From the IMG/VR virus record IMGVR_UViG_3300028854_000488: a stretch of DNA of 64,000 bases. One strand, written 5' to 3'. Both the position numbers and the translations under genes were made by a program. The notes beneath the pieces are model-generated. The model was not told where the DNA came from and did no database searches. It worked only from the letters and a program-made list of their open reading frames with translations. Positions 58,518-64,000 of the stretch are shown one piece after another. This DNA is from a virus (taxonomy: Duplodnaviria > Caudoviricetes). Every line of letters begins with the position of its first letter. The stretch's first letter is position 1.

Positions 58518-59558
58518 ATGGAAGAATGTAAAATATGTAATAAAAAGTTTAAAAGTTGGGGAGGGTTAATTAAACACGTAATTTCATCTCACAATGTTTC
58601 TAAAAAATACTATTATGACTCTTTCTATAAAAAAGAGAATGAAGGAATATGTCCTGTTTGTGGCGAAGAAGCAAGTTTTAATAAAAGAGCATTTGGCTAT
58701 TTTATACATTGTTCAAATAAATGTGTAAATAAAAATCCAAAAACAAGGGAGAAAATAATAGAAACAAATATGATAAGATATGGAGTATCAAATAATACTC
58801 AATTAGATTACTATAAAAATTTAAATCGTGAAATTTGGAAAAATAAATCAAAAGAAGATCTTGACAGTATTGTACAAAAAACAAAAAATACATGTTTAGA
58901 AAAATATGGTGAAGATAATCCTGCAAAATTAGATGATGTTAAACAAAAAATGAAAGATTCTTGTTTAGAAAAATTTGGAACAGAATACGCATTACAAAAT
59001 AAAGATGTGATAGAAAAAAGAAAAATGACAAATTTAGAAAAATATGGTGTTGAAAATGTATTTCAAATTCCAGATATTATTAAAAAATTACGTCAAAACA
59101 TGATTGATAAAGGATATAGAGTAGATGAAAACGATTATACAAAATTTGAAAATTATTATAAAAAATGTCAAAGTTTAACAAAAATAAACATTAGAGCTAC
59201 CAATTTTAAAGAAAATTGGAATGGTTATGATTATTATGATAATGAATATATAAAAGATAATTATGTATTATATGAACAAAATAATGAAAATTATCCAAAT
59301 ATTGATCATAAAATAAGTATAATTTATGGATTTTTAAACGATATAAATTATGAAGATATTTGTGCTATTGAAAATCTATGTTTCACTAAAAGAAGACATA
59401 ATGCATCAAAACACACAAAAAATGAAGATGATTATAAAAAAGTGACAATTTTTAATTGTCACTTTTTATTAAATTTTATATATCGGACAATCTCTACCGC
59501 AAGACAACAAATTATTTTTAAAATTTTTAGTTTTTTCGTTATTCCAAATATCAGTTAA
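58518..59558 (+). CDS. HNH-like homing endonuclease with C2H2-like Zn finger and KYG repeats
   Basis: CKIC...H...H; WNGYDYYDNEYI...YPNIDHK...NLCFTKRRHNASK. Confidence 0.75.
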   Translation: MEECKICNKKFKSWGGLIKHVISSHNVSKKYYYDSFYKKENEGICPVCGEEASFNKRAFGYFIHCSNKCVNKNPKTREKIIETNMIRYGVSNNTQLDYYKNLNREIWKNKSKEDLDSIVQKTKNTCLEKYGEDNPAKLDDVKQKMKDSCLEKFGTEYALQNKDVIEKRKMTNLEKYGVENVFQIPDIIKKLRQNMIDKGYRVDENDYTKFENYYKKCQSLTKINIRATNFKENWNGYDYYDNEYIKDNYVLYEQNNENYPNIDHKISIIYGFLNDINYEDICAIENLCFTKRRHNASKHTKNEDDYKKVTIFNCHFLLNFIYRTISTARQQIIFKIFSFFVIPNIS

Positions 59559-60551
59559 GAAATCATTACAATTCAATACACTTAATCCGTTTTTCCATTC
59601 ATCATTAACACCTTCACAGAAACTACATGGAAAATAATTTCCATCTACATTTACATAAGAAGAGTAAACTGAACTCTCACAAGGCTCAATACATTGATCC
59701 ATTTGATCTTTAAATTCTGTAGTTAAAGATTCATCTGATTCCAAATAAGTGAAGAATTTGCGACTGCTGCATGAGTCAAATCCGAACCTAATTTTTTTTG
59801 ATATTGAATATTTGCACAATTCATTAAATTTTTCTTGTGATAATTGAGAAAAACCAGTTTTTGCATTTCCTTTCTGCTTGAGTGACAAAAAAATAATAGC
59901 GTTCATTTTACTAAGTCTTGGATCATTTTGCATATCATTTATAACTTCATATGCTGTATCAATAGTATTTTCCGAAATCATAAAATGTATATTTATTTGA
60001 TCCATTCCACGGTTTGTCAATTCAGATATTGCGTTATAAGTCAACTCTTTATCATATACGCTAATTGCTACTGCTCCGCAATATTTTGCAAGATTATCAA
60101 AATACTCTGATGCCATTCTTGCTCCATTAATTGTAACGTTAGGAATTACAGAATTTTCTCTACAATATTCAAAAATTTTCCACATATCAGGATTACTATC
60201 AATATCTCCAATTCCTGCTGCTAATTGAGTTATTGATGGAGGTAGTTTAGAAAATACTTTTTTGAAAGTTTCAAAATTCATATACTTGCCCTTAGAATTA
60301 TTAGATTTATAACAAAATTTACAAGGTGTTCCAACTCCATGACATGTTGTACTAATCTCCATGTCTATGATCTCTGGTAATGATAAATCAATATCTCCAT
60401 CATCTTCTTCTGTTTTACCCCATCTTGCGAAGTAACCGTTTTTCTTATTGAAGAAGAAATTATAGTTTTCTGATTTTAATATTTTAGCATCATTAGTATC
60501 TACAATTAGTGCGTCTTCTCCGTTAGAGAGTTTTAATTTAGTTTGTTTCAT
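59469..60551 (-). CDS. Radical SAM enzyme with C-terminal Twitch/SPASM-like domain
   Basis: CHGVGTPCKFC (CX6CX2C variant), VTINGA, PCES...YVNVDGNYFPCSFC...CP. Confidence 0.85.
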   Translation of the reverse strand: MKQTKLKLSNGEDALIVDTNDAKILKSENYNFFFNKKNGYFARWGKTEEDDGDIDLSLPEIIDMEISTTCHGVGTPCKFCYKSNNSKGKYMNFETFKKVFSKLPPSITQLAAGIGDIDSNPDMWKIFEYCRENSVIPNVTINGARMASEYFDNLAKYCGAVAISVYDKELTYNAISELTNRGMDQINIHFMISENTIDTAYEVINDMQNDPRLSKMNAIIFLSLKQKGNAKTGFSQLSQEKFNELCKYSISKKIRFGFDSCSSRKFFTYLESDESLTTEFKDQMDQCIEPCESSVYSSYVNVDGNYFPCSFCEGVNDEWKNGLSVLNCNDFLTDIWNNEKTKNFKNNLLSCGRDCPIYKI

Positions 60552-60822
60552 ATTTTTTTAAATTGTTTAATTTTTGTTTTCTTTCAAATTTCAATGATGT
60601 TTCAAATAATCCTATATAATATATTTGATATGGTTCTTCTTTTAATCCAACACGTATAATTGAATTGTCTACTATTGAATTGACTAATTGATCTACAGTA
60701 TAAATTTCATTAAAATTTAATGTTTTTGGTACACCCATTTCTTCAAATATATTTGTAGGTTGTTTAAGTACAATTTTATCACCAATTTTCAAAGATGTTA
60801 TCATTATTATATCATTTAGCAT
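60538..60822 (-). CDS. Hypothetical protein ending RKQKL
   Basis: 94-aa ORF. Confidence 0.65.
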   Translation of the reverse strand: MLNDIIMITSLKIGDKIVLKQPTNIFEEMGVPKTLNFNEIYTVDQLVNSIVDNSIIRVGLKEEPYQIYYIGLFETSLKFERKQKLNNLKKYETN

Positions 60823-61070
60823 TCAAATTTTTCTTTTTCATCTATTTCATTTACATCACAAAAATGAGTTTTTAATACATATAATGCTTTATTAAAATTA
60901 TTTTCAGTAGTATCTATAACATCTTTATATTCTGATGAACTATCAGCAAATAAAATTGTCCAACCATTTTCACCTGCTTGAATTGTTACTGTTAATTGTC
61001 CAACACCAACTTTAAAGCTTTTACTTTTTTTTACCTCACTTGAAGGCATCATTCCAAAAAATCTATTCAT
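60816..61070 (-). CDS. Hypothetical protein
   Basis: 84-aa ORF. Confidence 0.65.
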   Translation of the reverse strand: MNRFFGMMPSSEVKKSKSFKVGVGQLTVTIQAGENGWTILFADSSSEYKDVIDTTENNFNKALYVLKTHFCDVNEIDEKEKFEC

Positions 61071-61087
61071 ATTATTTATTTTTAAAA

Positions 61088-61507
61088 TTAGTCCATCTCT
61101 GAAATTTCATCTTCTGAAATTTCAATACAATCAATATCTTTTCTACAATCTTCAAGAAAAATATGAATAAATGTTTCATTTTTTCTTGGCATAATACCTC
61201 TTACTATAGTATGTCCATTTTTATTATAATGTTTCCAAATAGGAACATTAAATTTATCAAATTTCCAATCTGATTTTTCATATGATTCAAAAATTATTGG
61301 TTTTAAATCATTTTGTTTTCCTACTCTATTAAATCCATTAGGAAGTCCTAATAATATATGCCCTATTCCAAATATCATAGTTCCTATTACATGTTTTCCA
61401 CATCCAACTCCTGCTATTGTATTAGGTTCAAAACATTTAATGTTTGATCCACATACGCAACCAGGACATTGATATTCTTGAATTGCTAATTTAAATTTTT
61501 TTTCCAT
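61088..61507 (-). CDS. Cys-containing hypothetical protein
   Basis: YQCPGCVCG...C...CGKH. Confidence 0.7.
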   Translation of the reverse strand: MEKKFKLAIQEYQCPGCVCGSNIKCFEPNTIAGVGCGKHVIGTMIFGIGHILLGLPNGFNRVGKQNDLKPIIFESYEKSDWKFDKFNVPIWKHYNKNGHTIVRGIMPRKNETFIHIFLEDCRKDIDCIEISEDEISEMD

Positions 61508-61770
61508 TATTTATTTTAATAAATTTTTAATTTTTTCAGGTATTTTGTTATTATTTATTTTTTTTAAATTTTTTATATAATGATCATATGATATTTTTTC
61601 ATCAATACATCTCTTAATTTGATTATAAAATGTATCAATTATTTCATCTGGTATTAGTTCTAAGTAATTATAAATCATAATTTTTAATTATTATCATTGG
61701 GTATAATATTATATATTTCATCTAATAATTTATATAAATCTTTTTCAGTTTTCAATAATTTTTTTTCATA

Positions 61771-62085
61771 TTATTTTTTCACAGCTAAAATTGAACTACC
61801 ACAAGAATTATAAACTTCAATACCAACAAATACTGTATCTTCATATAGAGTAAAATAATCATTACTGCAACCTACTGTATAAATACCGTTAATACCAGTT
61901 TTATAGTAATTAGTTTTATCTATAATAGATGTTTCTTTCCAACTATTATCATGACATTCTTCAACACAATCTGTCATTCCATCAAATGAACTAATATTTT
62001 TTACAAATAGTTTATCACTATTCCTTTTTGCAAAACTTTTTAATGTAGCAAGTGTAATTTTTTTTGTGCCTATTAACTGTTTCAT
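61771..62085 (-). CDS. Hypothetical protein
   Basis: KITLATLKSF...SSFDGMTDCV...YNSCG; downstream of TATCTTTG at 62109-62116. Confidence 0.7.
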   Translation of the reverse strand: MKQLIGTKKITLATLKSFAKRNSDKLFVKNISSFDGMTDCVEECHDNSWKETSIIDKTNYYKTGINGIYTVGCSNDYFTLYEDTVFVGIEVYNSCGSSILAVKK

Positions 62086-62139
62086 ATTGGTTATGTTTTA
62101 ATTAGATACAAAGATACTAATTATTTATCAGATTAATAG

Positions 62140-62541
62140 TTATTTGACAAAATCTTTAATGATTTTTAATCTTTCTTCATCTGACATAGATTTTTTTATA
62201 TCATAAGAATATTTTTCTGATATTAATCTTAATCTTTCACTTTCAGAATAGTTATATAGATTATCAATATTAGAGCAATCTGTTATAATATTATCATTTT
62301 CATCATAAATGATATAATTATCTTTATTTTTTATTAATATATCATCTATACTATCATATATAAAATCATTTATAATATCATAAAATGTTTCACCATAAAT
62401 AGATTTTAATAAAATATTATTGATTTTATTATAATCTTCTAAAAAATCAAATAAATCTAATCCATTATCATGAATATTATTTTCTTTTTTACCTTTTTCT
62501 ATAGATAATTCTATAAATTTTATGAATGCATTTTTTGTCAT
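62140..62541 (-). CDS. Hypothetical protein
   Basis: Likely start MTKNAF, downstream of TATATTTG at 62561-62568. Confidence 0.65.
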   Translation of the reverse strand: MTKNAFIKFIELSIEKGKKENNIHDNGLDLFDFLEDYNKINNILLKSIYGETFYDIINDFIYDSIDDILIKNKDNYIIYDENDNIITDCSNIDNLYNYSESERLRLISEKYSYDIKKSMSDEERLKIIKDFVK

Positions 62542-62607
62542 AATTATGTTATTTAGAGTACAAATATACAAAATAAATTTGGAATAAAAAAATTAATATA
62601 TAAATAT

Positions 62608-63231
62608 ATGAAAATAAAATTTGAAGAATTTATATTAGAATCAAAAAATTATAACCTTTATAAAGGAGTAGGTAATTTAAAACAAATTTTACTTGATGGT
62701 AAAATAAAATTACTAAAAGGTGAATGGGGTTATCAATGGAGTTCAGATATGAGAAGAAATTTAGGAATAAAAGATGAAGTTGGCATATCAGTAACTAGAA
62801 ATTTTTCAACTGCTGTTGGTTATGGTGATGCTGTAATAGAATTTGATACTCAAAAATTGAGTGATAAATATAAAATTATTCCAATAATAGAAAATTTAGA
62901 CTATTATTTGAATTTACCAAAAGAAAAAACTAAAAAATTATCAATATCAAAACAACTTAGATTAAAAGAATTTGGTAAAGAATATTGGAACATCAAAACA
63001 AATAAAGATGCATTCGATTTTGGTATTGCAGAAGAGATAATAGTATCAAATGAAGTTTCAATAAAATATATAAAAAAAGTATATATTATTTATAGTAATA
63101 GAGATATAACAAAAAAAATTGAATTGCTAAAATTGAATAATATTCCTTACGAAATAATATCAAAAGATGATAAATATTTATCTAACGTTAAATATAGAAA
63201 AAATAAGATTAATACTTATTCACAGATGTGA
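62608..63231 (+). CDS. Possible ADP-ribosyltransferase-fold protein with capsid-targeting-like N-terminus
   Basis: LYKG...ISVTRNFSTA..YG..VIEFD...AEE; starts MKIKFEEFILES. Confidence 0.4.
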   Translation: MKIKFEEFILESKNYNLYKGVGNLKQILLDGKIKLLKGEWGYQWSSDMRRNLGIKDEVGISVTRNFSTAVGYGDAVIEFDTQKLSDKYKIIPIIENLDYYLNLPKEKTKKLSISKQLRLKEFGKEYWNIKTNKDAFDFGIAEEIIVSNEVSIKYIKKVYIIYSNRDITKKIELLKLNNIPYEIISKDDKYLSNVKYRKNKINTYSQM

Positions 63232-63406
63232 TATTATTATCTTTAAATTCTATTTCTAAATTATTTGAGAATATTTCTACAACCTCATCATCTTTCATAT
63301 AAACATAATCTTCACTTGAAGGCAGCCAACCATTTAAAGATTCATTTAATCTACAAGATTTTTTTAATCTTAATTGTAAAATTTCGTCCAATTCTTTAAA
63401 TTTCAT
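63209..63406 (-). CDS. Hypothetical protein
   Basis: 65-aa ORF. Confidence 0.5.
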   Translation of the reverse strand: MKFKELDEILQLRLKKSCRLNESLNGWLPSSEDYVYMKDDEVVEIFSNNLEIEFKDNNITSVNKY

Positions 63407-63801
63407 ATCATTTATATTTATATAAGTTTATAAATACAAAGATACTACATTATTAATCATATGTCAATAATATAAAGTATATTTTCAATTATTTATATAT
63501 TTTTAACTTATTATCATAATTTGCTGATTATAAGTACATTAAAATAAAAATAAACTAATTATTTAATTTTTACTATATAACAATGAGAATAATTTAATTT
63601 TAGTAATAAAGAATTACTATATAATAACATAACTAATAATTATAAATCAAATTAGATAACCTAATTTTATAATTAATTGATGAATTAATCCGCTGATTTT
63701 CTTACTGTAAATCCTATCTTATAAGCGGAATTTATTACCATTTGGATATATTTATTTTTATCCTATTTACTGATTCATCAATAAAAAAACAATTTAAAGA
63801 C

Positions 63802-64000
63802 ATGAGAAAAATTTTACTAGGCATAATAATGCTATTCGCTTTTAGTGTATATTCAAATACTCAAAACATTACAACAAGATTTATTGATAAATATAATGCA
63901 TTAACTATATCATTAAGCAACGAATATAAAATCCCTGCTAGCGTAATTCTTTCAATTTCAATATGGGAAAGTGGTTCTGGAACAAGTAAATTGAGTAGAA
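63802..64000 (+). CDS. Secreted GH73/FlgJ-like glucosaminidase (lysin), truncated by the window end
   Basis: Signal peptide MRKILLGIIMLFAFSVYS, then YKIPASVILSISIWESGSGTSKLS. Confidence 0.7.
   Translation, partial: MRKILLGIIMLFAFSVYSNTQNITTRFIDKYNALTISLSNEYKIPASVILSISIWESGSGTSKLSR

Noticed and set aside
63410-63800. Possible ncRNA or riboswitch in the ORF-free stretch (ccgct...agcgg pairing near 63690-63730)
   Set aside because: Only a short stem in very AT-rich sequence, with no recognisable motif; not supportable without covariation data.

Overview
Very AT-rich, gene-dense segment of a large tailed-phage (jumbo/T4-like myovirus-type) genome. The host is probably Bacteroidota: TAnnTTTG promoter elements recur and no Shine-Dalgarno motifs are obvious. 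Contents: a family-B DNA polymerase fractured by a naturally split intein with three ORFs between the halves; two DNA methyltransferases; an SbcC/gp46 ATPase; a gp13-like neck protein; a tape-measure-like protein; many homing-endonuclease-type genes; an IMPDH/GMP-reductase-family gene; a radical SAM enzyme; a broken HisRS-like gene; and a minus-strand tRNA array (43880-47955). The main discovery, absent from the ORF track, is two short leader ORFs (46872-47003 and 48415-48468). Each is followed by a mutually exclusive antiterminator/terminator structure upstream of the tRNA genes. The larger leader uses only M,N,I,Y,R,C,E,D for its first 38 codons, which are exactly the specificities of the downstream tRNAs. 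This looks like ribosome-mediated attenuation that switches on phage tRNAs when the matching host tRNAs are depleted or cleaved. Other notable items: several structurally aberrant tRNA-like RNAs, a six-member MKIRxGFVSNSSSSSF protein family, and three recurrent terminal peptide tags on otherwise unrelated proteins. All calls are by eye from motifs; no database searches or folding programs were run.
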